A stretch of DNA of 64,000 nt from Eledone cirrhosa (Eukaryota), in contig OZ024742.1 in NCBI GenBank assembly GCA_964016885.1, forward strand, positions 200,818,001 to 200,882,000, read 5' to 3'. Shown here one piece after another: positions 11,798 through 24,009 of this stretch; the first letter of the stretch is position 1; each line of letters opens with the position of its first letter. Both the position numbers and the translations under genes were made by a program. Below the pieces are notes generated by a model, which was given only the letters and a program-made list of their open reading frames with translations, was not told the origin of the DNA and ran no database searches.

Positions 11798-14700
11798 ATG
11801 ACATCACTCAGAATAGGCAGCATAAATGCGCGTGGCTTGGGGTCGTCATGGAAGCAGGGTCACCTGCTCAACGACCTCAGGTCAACAAACATAGATGTAG
11901 TGGCCATCAGCGAGACCAGAATCTCCGAAGCACGGGCCTTCGCACCGATTTTCGGCGGCTACGATGTGTACGCATCCCCCAGCCGTCCTCGATCGGGGGG
12001 AGGAGTTGCTGTGCTTTTTCGGAGAGGTTTGGATCTCGCCATACGAGCCATCTTCCTGGACTCAGAGGGTAAGTTGGTGGTGCTGGACGTGACCAGCGGA
12101 GACGGGCAAGCTTTCAGGCTAGTGGCCGTTTATGCCCCGACAGGAGCAGGGCGGCCTGACTTCTTCCGGCGTCTGGAGACCTTTCTTGGAACGTCCCGCT
12201 CTTTAGTGTTAGTGGGCGACTGGAACGGGATCTTAGATGTACGCTGGGACTGTGTGGGATTAACGGATAGGGGTGGAGGGTGCAAGAGCCTCACCAACCT
12301 GCTCAAGCGTTTTGAAATGTCTGACAGGTACCGATTGGATTTCCCGAATGTGCCAATGTGGACTTGGACAAATCGCATAGGGTCATCCAGATCATATCTA
12401 GATAGAGTATTTTGTAGGGAAATAGATAGGTCTAGCATAGGCTGTCTACAATTCAAGATAGTCAGCTACACGGACCACAAATTCGTGATCTGTGTGCTTG
12501 ACTTAGATAGGCTTCATAGACGAGGACCCGGCTACTGGAAGCTAAACGCGTCCTTACCAGCGCGCAAGGCCTACAGAGACCGGATTAGCGAACTAGTTAA
12601 GCGGGCGTTGACGGGGGCCATCGTCAACAACAAGTGGTGGTTTGCTCTGAAAAGAACGATTAGAATAGAATCGATTAGGTTTAGTAAGGCTTTAGCAATA
12701 GAGAAAAATAGAGCAGAGGGAGAACTAGTTAGAAAATTAAACGAGGCGCTTAGCAAAGGCATTGCGACCGTCATGCTTGCGGCGAAATTGTCCTCTGACC
12801 AATTCTTCAATGCAAAGCACGAGGGCTGTGTTGTCAGAGCTAGGGTGCGTGCTCTCAGACACGAGGGGACGAAAGCCGTTCAATGGGCCCGAGTGGCGGA
12901 GGCGCGTCGTGGCAACAAAGCCACGATCAGGTCTTTGGTGGATAACGACGGGCGCATGCTACTCGATCCCGAGTAAATGTGTGAAGCTTTTCAGCGAAAC
13001 TTCGCTCAGCTGTTCGGGGGCAGCGGTGGGTCGGGTCGAGGGATGGACTTTAGTGTCTACCTCGACGGACTGCCGCGGCTCTCGGCCACTGAGGCGGAGT
13101 GTTGCGAAAAGCCGATAACAGCCGCTGAAGTAAGGGAGGCAATGACTGGCTGCACAAGGGGTAAATCGCCTGGTTTGGATGGTCTGCCCTATGAACTTTA
13201 CGTACAGATGCCAGACTTGTTCGGAGGCCTCTTGGCGGACGTCTACTGCAACTGGCAGCAGAACGGGAGAATTCCCAGTTCTGTGAGCCGAGGAGCGGTG
13301 GCACTGCTGAGAAAGGATCCGAACAAGGGGGATAACATAGATAATTTCAGGCCCATAACTCTGCTAAACACAGAGTTCAAGATTTTGGCCAAGGTGCTAG
13401 CAAAGAGGTTGGCGCTTGTCGTTGGTGGTCTGGTGGGAGAGGCGCAGACATGCGCCATTCCCAACAGATCCATCCACGACAACCTCCACCTCATGCGATA
13501 CATCGTAGAGAGGGTAGCTAGGGAACCTGGCACTGGTGGGTCCTTGATCAATTTAGATCAGTCGAAAGCTTTCGATAGGGTCGACCATCGTTACTTAGCG
13601 GCAGTCCTGAGGGCGGCTTGCTTTGGGCCCGTCTTCAGAGGCTGGATCGCTGCCATGCACAGTGACATCTGCTCTGTGGTGAGAGTGAACGGTCACCTTT
13701 CGGAACCGTTCAACATCATGCGCTCGGTCCGCCAAGGATGTCCCCTCTCGTCCCTCTTGTACGTATTGACTCTCGAGCCATTACTGCACAAACTGGAGAC
13801 GTTGAGGGGCGTCCCGCGCGAACTAGGATGCGGAAGATCCGTGTCAGCATATGCGGACGATGTCACCGTAGTGGTGTCGAACGCCAAACACATCGAGGCG
13901 ATCGGCACTACACTAAGAGAATACGAAGCGGTGACAGGAGCAATGATCAACCAGGAAAAGTCAGTGGGCCTGCAGCTCGGCACCTGGAGAGGCAGGTCCA
14001 TACCGTCCAACAGCGTCGTCGGACGCTGGACGGACGGACCGGTTAAATTGCTAGGTGTCTGGTTCGGTCCGGACCTCCAGAGGGACAAAACTGGGACGAA
14101 GTGACGAGCAGGGTGGCTTCTCTCACCCAGAAATGGGCGGAGAGGAAGCTATCCCTGAAAGGTCGAGCGGAGGTGGCTAACGCGTACATCGCGTCTGTCA
14201 TCTGCTACCGCCTGACCGTCGTACCTTGTCCTAAGCCCCGCCTGACTGCGCTGGAGCGTTTGCTCTTTCGCTTTTTGTGGAAGGGACGCGCTCCGATGGT
14301 CAGGCGGTCCATCTGCTGTCAACACCCGCTACGTGGAGGGCTGGGAATGCCGTGGCTGATGATGCGCAGACACGCGCTCAGGCTACATCTCCACCTCTTC
14401 CTCGACGGTGATCAGGTGTGGTCGCCGTTTGCTAGACACGTATTTCCCCAGCTCGTTTCCTTGACGGAGCTGCAGTCCTGAGTCAAGCGAAGACCGAGAG
14501 GGAGCGCCTGGAGACTGGAATGTCTTCAGGCGCTCACAGCCCTCAACCAATCGGGCAATGTGATCGGTGGAAACTCCACCTCGGCGTTCTATAGAGGATT
14601 AGTGGAGGGGAAGAGCGACGACGTACTTGGGGAAACTCTAGGCGTCGACGAAAATCAACTAGCCAATCTCTTCGGAAGAACTTTCGGGCCGGGACCTATG

Positions 14701-15215
14701 GACAACTTCCAGAAATCTCTGGCCTGGCAGTGCTACCGAGGAGCCTTGTCAGTTCGGGATAAACTCTACAGGCATGGATGTGCCGTCAGCCGGGCATGTC
14801 CGAGATGCGCGCAGGGCGACGAAACCGTCCTGCACACACTCATCCAGTGTCCGAAAATTGCTGACTTGTGGGTTTATGTCGAACACCTGCTGTCGCGTGT
14901 AGGACGGATCCGGCTATCATCTGAGTCCATCGTGAGGATTGCCCCGCCCTCTTCCTTTAGCCGGGAAGGGCAGGCAGTTTTTATCTGTCTGGTGGCCATG
15001 GCGAAAGAGATAGTATGGTGGACACGTTTGAAAGGGCTGAAGACGAGCACCTACCTCTTCGGTAATGCCCTGATTAACTTTTTTCAAATTTCATTTGAAA
15101 AGGAAAATCAGGGTAGAGAGGGAAGTGCTCTCTTCCCAGCATTTTGTTGAAAGATGGGTGAGAGAAGCAAGAATTGCCCGAGTGAATGGGCCTACTCTGA
15201 GTACGTATCTGTAAA
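11798..15215 (+). pseudogene. LINE ORF2 (APE endonuclease, reverse transcriptase, C-terminal zinc finger), interrupted
   Basis: SINARGL, SETR, GDWN, YLDR, TDH; KSPGLDG, FRPITLL, DQSKAFDRV, RQGCPLS, YADD; CPRC...H...C; stops at 12974 and 14479; frameshifts at ~14090 and ~15080. Confidence 0.92.
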
Positions 15216-15463
15216 TTAAAGGTGGAAAACTGGGAGAGGGCACTTGCCTTGGTGGTCAGGGTCACTGTGGTCTTTTACTGGGCTTTCTCCACAAATGTCC
15301 CTCCGAAGTCTCCCCCCAATTGGGGAATTTTTCATTGTTATTTTTTTGTTACATCCTCTGTTTTTGTTCTTTACACGCAGAAATGCCCATTTGTACCGTC
15401 CTGTATTGTCCTGCACTGTCCTTAATGTCTACTTTATGTAAACCCTTGTGGTTAATAAAGAAA

Positions 15464-15503
<40 letters not shown>

Positions 15504-15898
15504 TCTTCTTCTTCTTCTTCTTCTTCTTCTTCTTCTTCTTCTTCTTCTTCTTCTTTTTCTTCTTCTTCTTCTTCTTCTACCCATTTTTACCCGCGGCCAT
15601 TTTAATATCATCTACGTTCCGTTAAAGCAGCATGTGTATTGAAAGTGGTAGGAACAAATCGATAGATTATTCGAAGTGTTGCTTTTATTTTTCAATCACT
15701 TGTCAATTTTTTTATTTCCAACGATCATTAAGAGTTTCTCTTTTTAATGGGGTGTGGGTGGGGCGTTCTAAACCACGTTTATCCCTACCCGCCTCTCTCT
15801 TTCTCTGTATATGTACGTCCCCTCGTATATATATATATCATGTTTATATTTATAATTTGCTTGTATATATATATATATATATGTACATACGAGGGGAC

Positions 15899-15947
<49 letters not shown>

Positions 15948-15986
15948 GGAATACTGTTAGCTTCTCGCTTCAACAATTTCTATACT

Positions 15987-16034
<48 letters not shown>

Positions 16035-16137
16035 GTGAAAAATGGAACGGGAACAAAACAGAGAGGCAGTACAAACAAAGGCTTATTAGTTTCACGCTCT
16101 TGAGGGTATATTATATATATTATATATATATATATAT

Positions 16138-16322
16138 TTAGGCACATGGCCAGCAATTACCCAGTGCATTACTGGTACTTTATTTTATCGACCCCGTAAG
16201 GATGAAAGGCAAAGTCAATCCCGCCGAGGTTGACTTTGCCTTTCATCCTTACGGGGTCGATAAAATAAAGTACCAGTAATGCACTGGGTAATTGCTGGCC
16301 ATGTGCCTAAAGTAGAAACAAT
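16138..16322. mobile_element. Fold-back (palindromic) SINE 3' half
   Basis: ~80-bp perfect inverted arms around TCCCGCCGAGG; flanked by (TA)n. Confidence 0.75.
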
Positions 16323-16368
16323 TATATATATATATATATAATATTATTATATATATTATATATATTAT

Positions 16369-16404
<36 letters not shown>

Positions 16405-17435
16405 GAGGGGACGTATTAAAAAATATATATAAAAGAATATATGTATATATACATCATCCACCTATACATACATATATATAAATGAAAATAGAGAAGTTAA
16501 TGTAAGCAAAAAGCCGACAATAATTCAGACATATAAGTGACTATAACACCAAGATGAAACATTTTTAACGTAAGATATATATATACAGATAACTAGACAG
16601 ATATGTGTTTCTTGTTACACATTGTATTTTACATAAGCTAGGACTTGTGTGTTTATTTGTGAATGTGTGCTCAGGAGGTGGAGGGAGGGGTACGAGGACT
16701 AGGAAGAGGAGAAGGAATTTGAGGAGTAGAATACCTAGGATGGGGAGGAGGAGGAGGAGGAGGAGGGGAGGAGGGAGGATGAGGAGGAGGAGGAGGAGGA
16801 GGATGGGGAGGAGGAGGATGAGGAGGAGGAGGAGGAGGAGGAGGAGGAGGAGGAGGAGGAAATTGAGAAGGAGGAAAATAAGGAGGGGATTTTGCTGTGC
16901 CTTTGTAAACTTAGAAATAGCAAGATTGAATCTTATTAGAATATAATTGTCTAGCACAGGAAATAAATATACATGACTCATACTCCACTTCTATTGAGGG
17001 AATATGTAAGTCAGTGATCCCAACACCTTTCTTTCCAAAGAACTCCTTTTTTTACTTTAATAAATTAGATCTCGGGTTTGGTCCTACTGCCTTGCATCTT
17101 AGGCTCAACAAAAGCCTTGTGAGTGTAATTTTGTAAGCAGAAACTATTTGGAAGGAAGTCGAATGGACTGGGACATTAATTCAAAGTACTAACATAGAGA
17201 TAAAAGGTGACACGCTGACTCTCAATAAGAAGTAGCTTAAAGCAACATATGCCTGTGGAACGTTCAGATAATTACGTTGATTTCCCGAGTAGGCTGTTCC
17301 ATTCATAACAAGATTGGAAAACACATCACCGAAACAGATTGTTGTTCATTCCACTCTATTACTTCTGGTCACCTCCCAATCCTTTTCGGGAATTTAACTA
17401 TTACATACATACACAGACACGAACACACACATACT

Positions 17436-17522
<87 letters not shown>

Positions 17523-17807
17523 GTATGTATATATATATATATAGGAAAATGTTTGACCCCGACGGCGGAGCTCAAGCCGTTTCGACAGCTATTTTTGGAC
17601 TAAATTAGAATTTTTAGCGTGGTAAAAAAAAATAAAAAAAAAATATATATATATATATATATATCACGATAAATTAACGGAGGCATAGGCCGTCGTTATT
17701 CCCTGTAAATAATGTGCTCAAAGGGGAATAGATCCTGAGCCCTTTAGAATATAATATGTTGAGAAGGCAACACACCAGAGAGAGATATATAGTGCGTTAT
17801 CAATAAT

Positions 17808-17993
17808 TGTTTCTACTTTAGGCACAAGGCCAGCAATTACCCAGTGCGTTACTGGTACTTTATTTTATCGACCCCGTAAGGATGAAAGGCAAAGTCAACC
17901 TCGGCGGGATTTGAACACAGATCGTAAAGGGACGTAACTATGCTGGAAAACATGGCGTCCGACCCTCTACCGATACTGCCAATCCACCACCCT
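17808..17993 (-). mobile_element. tRNA-SINE with 18-bp target-site duplication
   Basis: TSD TAGTGCGTTATCAATAAT at 17790-17807 and 17994-18011; empty site present in paralogous arms at ~18420 and ~18960. Confidence 0.9.
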
Positions 17994-18121
17994 TAGTGCG
18001 TTATCAATAATACAGGGAAAAAACCACCAGTGTATGGAATCTATAACCTATGAAAGGCAGACTATAGACACGATAATTAAAAATATAAATTAAAGCGTAA
18101 ATATATACCTCTATAACTATA

Positions 18122-18204
18122 TTACACACGTACAAATCCAGAGATATGTTTCGCCAGAGAAATTGTTGAAAGAAATGTTAGTCTCGGTTCATCAGCGTGT
18201 GTAA
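18122..18204 (-). ncRNA. Type I hammerhead ribozyme (inverted copy)
   Basis: Reverse complement of 18753-18835. Confidence 0.75.
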
Positions 18205-18752
18205 GGCCATACATCTCAGACAACACTAAGAGAATTTTACAATTGACTGTCCAGCCACACGTGGGAGAGAGAGGTCACAGCGTGTTTAAGGGCAGTGAAC
18301 CAGTGGCCTCTGAGACACGCTGATGAACCGAGACTAACATTTCTTACAACAATTTCTCTGCCTTTCATAGGTTATAGATTCCATACACTGGTGGGTTTTT
18401 CCCTGTATTATTGATAACGCACTATATATCTCTCTCTGGTGTGTTGCCTTCTCAACATATTATATTCTAAAGGGCTCAGGATCTCTTCCCCTTTGAGCAC
18501 ATTATTTACAGGGAATAACGACGGCCTATGCCTCCGTTAATTTATCGTGATATTTCGCTCCTAACAACAGCCTTTCCTATCTCTGTTTGGTTGAGCACTC
18601 TTCTCTGAGTGGCTTTGGGCTGCCCTTTCTAGCAGTTCGTCTCTCAGAGGCCACTGGTTCACTGCCCTTAAACACGCTGTGACCTCTCTCTCCCACGTGT
18701 GGCTGGACAGTCAATTGTAAAATTCTCTTAGTGTTGTCTGAGATGTATGGCC

Positions 18753-18835
18753 TTACACACGCTGATGAACCGAGACTAACATTTCTTTCAACAATTTCTC
18801 TGGCGAAACATATCTCTGGATTTGTACGTGTGTAA
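18753..18835 (+). ncRNA. Type I hammerhead ribozyme
   Basis: Perfect 9-bp stem I TTACACACG/CGTGTGTAA; CTGATGA; bulged stem II; GAAACATATC-TCTG-GATTTGTA; predicted cleavage after GUA at 18826. Confidence 0.8.
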
Positions 18836-19002
18836 TATAGTTATAGAGGTATATATTTACGCTTTAATTTATATTTTTAATTATCGTGTCTATAGTCTGC
18901 CTTTCATAGGTTATAGATTCCATACACTGGTGGTTTTTTCCCTGTATTATTGATAACGCACTATATCTCTCTCTCTGGTGTGTTGCCTTCTCAACATATT
19001 AT

Positions 19003-19043
<41 letters not shown>

Positions 19044-19162
19044 TTCGGAAAAGATTGTTTTGGTAAAAACAGGAGTAAGCAGGAGAAAGCTCTCAACAAT
19101 CGTTGTTTAAGTCACGATGGAGAATTTTATAAAAATAATAAAATACGATGCTGAGGTTGTAT

Positions 19163-19219
<57 letters not shown>

Positions 19220-19419
19220 AATAAATGAAAATTAGAGTTAATAACTCTTATTGAAACCCTGTAATTATTAAGCTCCAAGTATAAAATACTGAGCATTATA
19301 ATAATAATATATATGCAGTAAGAAACACAGTAAACCGTGTGTCTAATATTACAAGGGTTGAAAGACCACATTTGTTTGAAATATTTACCCATGAAGCAGA
19401 CAGAGCAGTAAGAAACACA

Positions 19420-19477
<58 letters not shown>

Positions 19478-20115
19478 ATACTGTACTCAGAGTACCGTTA
19501 TTTTCTCGTAAAACTTTTTTCTTAGCTTTTCCCAGATATGATTTTATCAAGTTCTGAATGGGTTGATTTTTGTTAATTATTTCATAGAGCAAAACTTAGT
19601 ATCGGTTGGACGTCTCTGTATGTATCTATACTTGTTTAAAGATATATATATTTCATCATTTAATTTGTAATACACTCCTCTATGGTAGAGTCAAAATTTG
19701 GCCGAATCGGACTACTTCTTCTAGTAGCATGCAACCTGCCAATGCCCACCGTACTACCCTCTAGTTGATCACATATCTTGTGATAGTTTTTCCGTCTGAA
19801 ATGTTCAGTGATAGCTAGCAGGGAGGCATTTTTCTGTTTTGAATTTCTTTCTTAACTGAGAAAGTCTCCAGATGATTTGTCAGCTTCTCTCCCTTCCTTT
19901 GCCGAAAAAAATAAGTTAAAATGATAGCGCAAGGTCTTCAAAATGTTAATTAAACATACAGTATATTACAAAATATACTATACATACATTCATGTATACA
20001 TCGCTACTTCAGATTACCAATTCTAATATATATATATGTGATTTCTCCCGAATGAAACAGTTCGAGTCATGTAAAAAGCCATTGTATATTAAATATATAT
20101 ATATATATATATATA

Positions 20116-20384
20116 TTGTTATACTTGGGGAGGGTCATATTTGTGTAATATTGCCAGAATTAATAACAGAACACACCGTCGGTCAGTCAATGGCAACATT
20201 GAGGACCGAGTAAGTTAGATTACCGATATAAAAGACAGCGAGAAGCGAAAACCAACCAAACAGTGAGTGTGTTCTGTTATTAATTCTGGCAATATTACAC
20301 AAATATGACCCTCCCCAAGTATAACAATATTTGTTTCGACACACGATTTCATATTAAAAACCTCGCAAAACTAATTCATCGCCG

Positions 20385-20387
<3 letters not shown>
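20116..20387. mobile_element. Short PLE pLTR remnant with inverted 5' arm
   Basis: Same sequence family as the ends of 27330-29465; ~60-bp inverted arm; (TA)n flanks. Confidence 0.8.
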
Positions 20388-20413
<26 letters not shown>

Positions 20414-20418
<5 letters not shown>

Positions 20419-21232
20419 GGAAAAAATGAAACTAAATTTCATTTCCCATTCTTAATACGGCTGTTACTTGAATATAAGTATGTATACGTACATACATATA
20501 TGTATACAGACGTACAGTAGTATGTATACATATATACATACATGCACACATATATATATGTACGTATGGATTCACCGAACATTTATTATAATGCTCGGTG
20601 TGTTTGTAAACAAACATCCCGTATTAAGCCGTAGTGTCCAGCAACCACCGTTGCTCGTTTGTTCAACACTGACAAAGGAACGCTGTACTAGTTTCAAGCT
20701 TATTAGCTATCGTCCATACGTACATATATATATGTGTGCATGTATGTATATATATATATACATACTACTGTACGTCTGTATACATATATGTATGTACGTA
20801 TACATACTTATATTTAAGTAACAGCCGTACTAAGAGTGGGAAATGAAATTTCGTTTCATTTTCTCCGCTTATCGATTTCGGTGCACCCGGCCGATTAACC
20901 CACTCGATATGCAAATTGGGCTACTCAGCCGTTAATATACATAAGGAAAGTATATACTTTCGGACGTTCAAACATCTGGCAGGAAGGTATACGTTGCTGA
21001 CGATAGCTAATAAGCTTGAAACTAGTACAGCGTTCCTTTGTCAATGTTGAACAAACGAGCAGCGGTGGTTGCTAGACACTACGGCTTAATACGGGATGTT
21101 TGTTTACAAACACACCGAGCATTATAATAAATGTTCGGTGAATACATACATACATATATATATGTGTGCATGTATGTATATATATACATACTACTGTACG
21201 TCTGTATACATATATATATGTACGTATACATA

Positions 21233-21237
<5 letters not shown>
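20414..21237. mobile_element. Hammerhead-monomer family, sister subfamily of the 53.7-58.7 kb array: inverted arm plus ~1.2 units
   Basis: Homologous to array monomer; minus arm 20414-20713, plus part 20714-21237. Confidence 0.85.
20991..21033 (+). ncRNA. Minimal type I hammerhead ribozyme
   Basis: ACGTTG-CTGACGA-TAGCT-AATA-AGCTT-GAAACTAGTA-CAGCGT. Confidence 0.8.
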
Positions 21238-21309
<72 letters not shown>

Positions 21310-21562
21310 ACTAAACGTAGGCATACTGATTGAAGAATAACCGCCACCATTTCCTGAAATCATGTACCGACAAATTAACAAGGGCAGAATATTTTCGATA
21401 ATGTATATATACACATATGTGTGTATGATTATAAATATGCATGCATATATATACATGCCTATATACACACATATACACACCTACATATATACATACACAA
21501 ATATATATATATACATATATATACTATATATACATATATACATATATATATACAAACTTCAA

Positions 21563-21657
<95 letters not shown>

Positions 21658-21827
21658 ACGAAGGATGTGTGGTAAGGAACCAGGTGGACCATAACGTACC
21701 AGACTACTCAATACTTAGGGTAGTAGAGTGGGTAATAGAAAAAGTTTAACGCCGACGGCAAAGCTCAAGCCGTTTCGGCGGCTATTTCCAGAAACCTTTT
21801 CCTATATATATATATATATATATATAC

Positions 21828-21870
<43 letters not shown>

Positions 21871-21876
<6 letters not shown>

Positions 21877-22340
21877 ATTAAATAAATGGAAAACTATATT
21901 TATAAAACCATATTTATTTCATTATATATATTTCGGGGATATCATATTAACAATATGTTATGCCTTCATCAGACAAAATACAATATAAACAGTTTTATAG
22001 ATAAATATATTCGACATACCGTAATAAACATCAACTTCATTTGAAGAGGTTTACTCTAGCAGTCAACTAGAGTAAACCTCTTCAAATGAAGTTGATGTTT
22101 ATTACGGTATGTCGAATATATTTATCTATAAAACTGTTTATATTGTATTTTGTCTGATGAAGGCATAACATATTGTTAATATGATATCCCCGAAATATAT
22201 ATAATGAAATAAATATGGTTTTATAAATATAGTTTTCCATTTATTTAATATTGTAAATATACTCCAAATATTTGTCGAGTGCTTTTATATCAGTTATAAA
22301 TATTTACTAGTTGTAACCCAACAATTTTAAATATAACTTT

Positions 22341-22342
<2 letters not shown>
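21871..22342. mobile_element. Fold-back hammerhead element with 189-bp inverted arms
   Basis: Arms 21871-22059 and 22067-22255; the long arm extends to ~22342; (TA)n flanks. Confidence 0.85.
22146..22211 (+). ncRNA. Minimal type I hammerhead (mirror copy on minus strand at 21915-21980)
   Basis: TATTTTGT-CTGATGA-long stem II-GAAATATATATA-ATGAAATA; stem I 8 bp with G-U pairs; AU-palindromic stem III. Confidence 0.65.
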
Positions 22343-22384
<42 letters not shown>

Positions 22385-22556
22385 ATTTAAAACTTCACTA
22401 TTCACAAGTGTTTTTTAACCTTCATATCATATATCCCTATTTTATCTGATGAAAACGCAGATATCATCTCATGATGATATTTGTTTTTGAAATGCGCATA
22501 ATAAAATACTTGGAACTCTTTTAACCATCTTTTGATCTTATATATATATATATATA

Positions 22557-22587
<31 letters not shown>

Positions 22588-22600
22588 TAGATAGATATAC

Positions 22601-22647
<47 letters not shown>

Positions 22648-22717
22648 CATACACAAACTTATACACACACGCACACATACACACATGAAATATATATATA
22701 TATATATACGGGCGCGC

Positions 22718-22748
<31 letters not shown>

Positions 22749-23003
22749 TGTGTGTGCGCGTGTATACACGTATATACACAATCATGTGTGCATAAAGGTA
22801 GGGAGTTGTATAAAGTGGGCGGGTAGACACAGGCAAAGGCGGCCATGAATTTGGACGGTTTTCAGTAAGAGAAAACAATAGATTGAGAGAAAGTTGCAGA
22901 CATATTTAGAATGGCTATTGTGTGAAATCTGTGAGGAACTGGGGCATGTCGCCTGTCTGACTTTATTGGAGGAGATGGTGGAATAGTTTGTGATAAGACA
23001 CCT

Positions 23004-23087
<84 letters not shown>

Positions 23088-23130
23088 TCTCTCTCTCCCT
23101 CTCTCCCTCACTCTCTCTCTCTCTCTCTTT

Positions 23131-23194
23131 ACACACACATATGTATAAGGTATAATTATATCATAATTTCTGTGTGTCCATGTAAGAATATATA

Positions 23195-23264
<70 letters not shown>

Positions 23265-23342
23265 CAACACACCATATATATATATTCCTACATTGACACA
23301 CAGAAATTATGATATAATTATACCTTATACATATGTGTGTGT
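23131..23342. repeat. ~60-bp inverted repeats around a (TA)n tract, with (CT)n and (AG)n outside
   Basis: CATATGTATAAGGTATAATTATATCATAATTTCTGTGTGTC and its reverse complement at ~23295-23335. Confidence 0.75.
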
Positions 23343-24009
23343 AGAGAGAGAGAGTGTATGTGTGTATGTACGTTTATGCTTATATGCATTTATACATATA
23401 CATATATATGTGTGTGTGAGTGAATATATATATAAATATATATATTTGGTAGAAACGTGTGTAACTATAGTTACAGGCAGTTTGACAGTTAAAGCACTCA
23501 ATACTGTTAGTCAAGTTTGCACCATAAATGAACTTTATTGCTTATTACAATTGTTTCGATAACGATCAGCTTAGTATGTGATCTACGCCTACGAATGCAT
23601 ATGTAACGGGATGTTGGTGAAAAGTCGGGTCACAAAGATTATGATCGAATTCTGAGCTGATCGATATTACAAAGAATTGTATTATGCAATAAATTACATT
23701 TATCGTGTAAAGTCTCGCTATGTGTATTGTAAGCTGTGATAACGTCACAGCTACTTCAGCTTAGCTGTGATATGATCAAAGTTTAAGATACAATAACGAC
23801 TCTGATGTATATGCTTTCATACACAACTTATTATGAATGACCCTCTGTTAGTTCTACTAATGTACATACATATGTACTTAAATATGAGAACATAGACATG
23901 TACTGGGCCATGAAAAACTTTTTCTGCTTCTTGTCTTTTCCGTGTTGCTAAGCTTTTAACATGTGGCTAGAAGCAAAATGGTCTGACGGTGAAGCAGCGC
24001 TCACACAAA

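Larger units (their letters stand above)
9449..15465 (+). mobile_element. Near-full-length Tx1/L1-clade non-LTR retrotransposon, decayed
   Basis: ORF1 with zinc knuckle; ORF2 with APE, RT and zinc finger; AATAAA at ~15454; (TTA)n before and (ATT)n(TTC)n after. Confidence 0.92.
17663..19008. mobile_element. Hammerhead-containing non-coding element: inverted arm plus ~540-bp partial tandem
   Basis: 17663-18312 (excluding the SINE) is the reverse complement of ~18370-19008 sequence; GCCTTTCATAGG repeats at 18360 and 18899; (TA)n on both sides. Confidence 0.85.

Noticed and set aside
12130-14088. Antisense and alternative-frame ORFs over the LINE
   Set aside because: They are shadow ORFs of GC-rich ORF2
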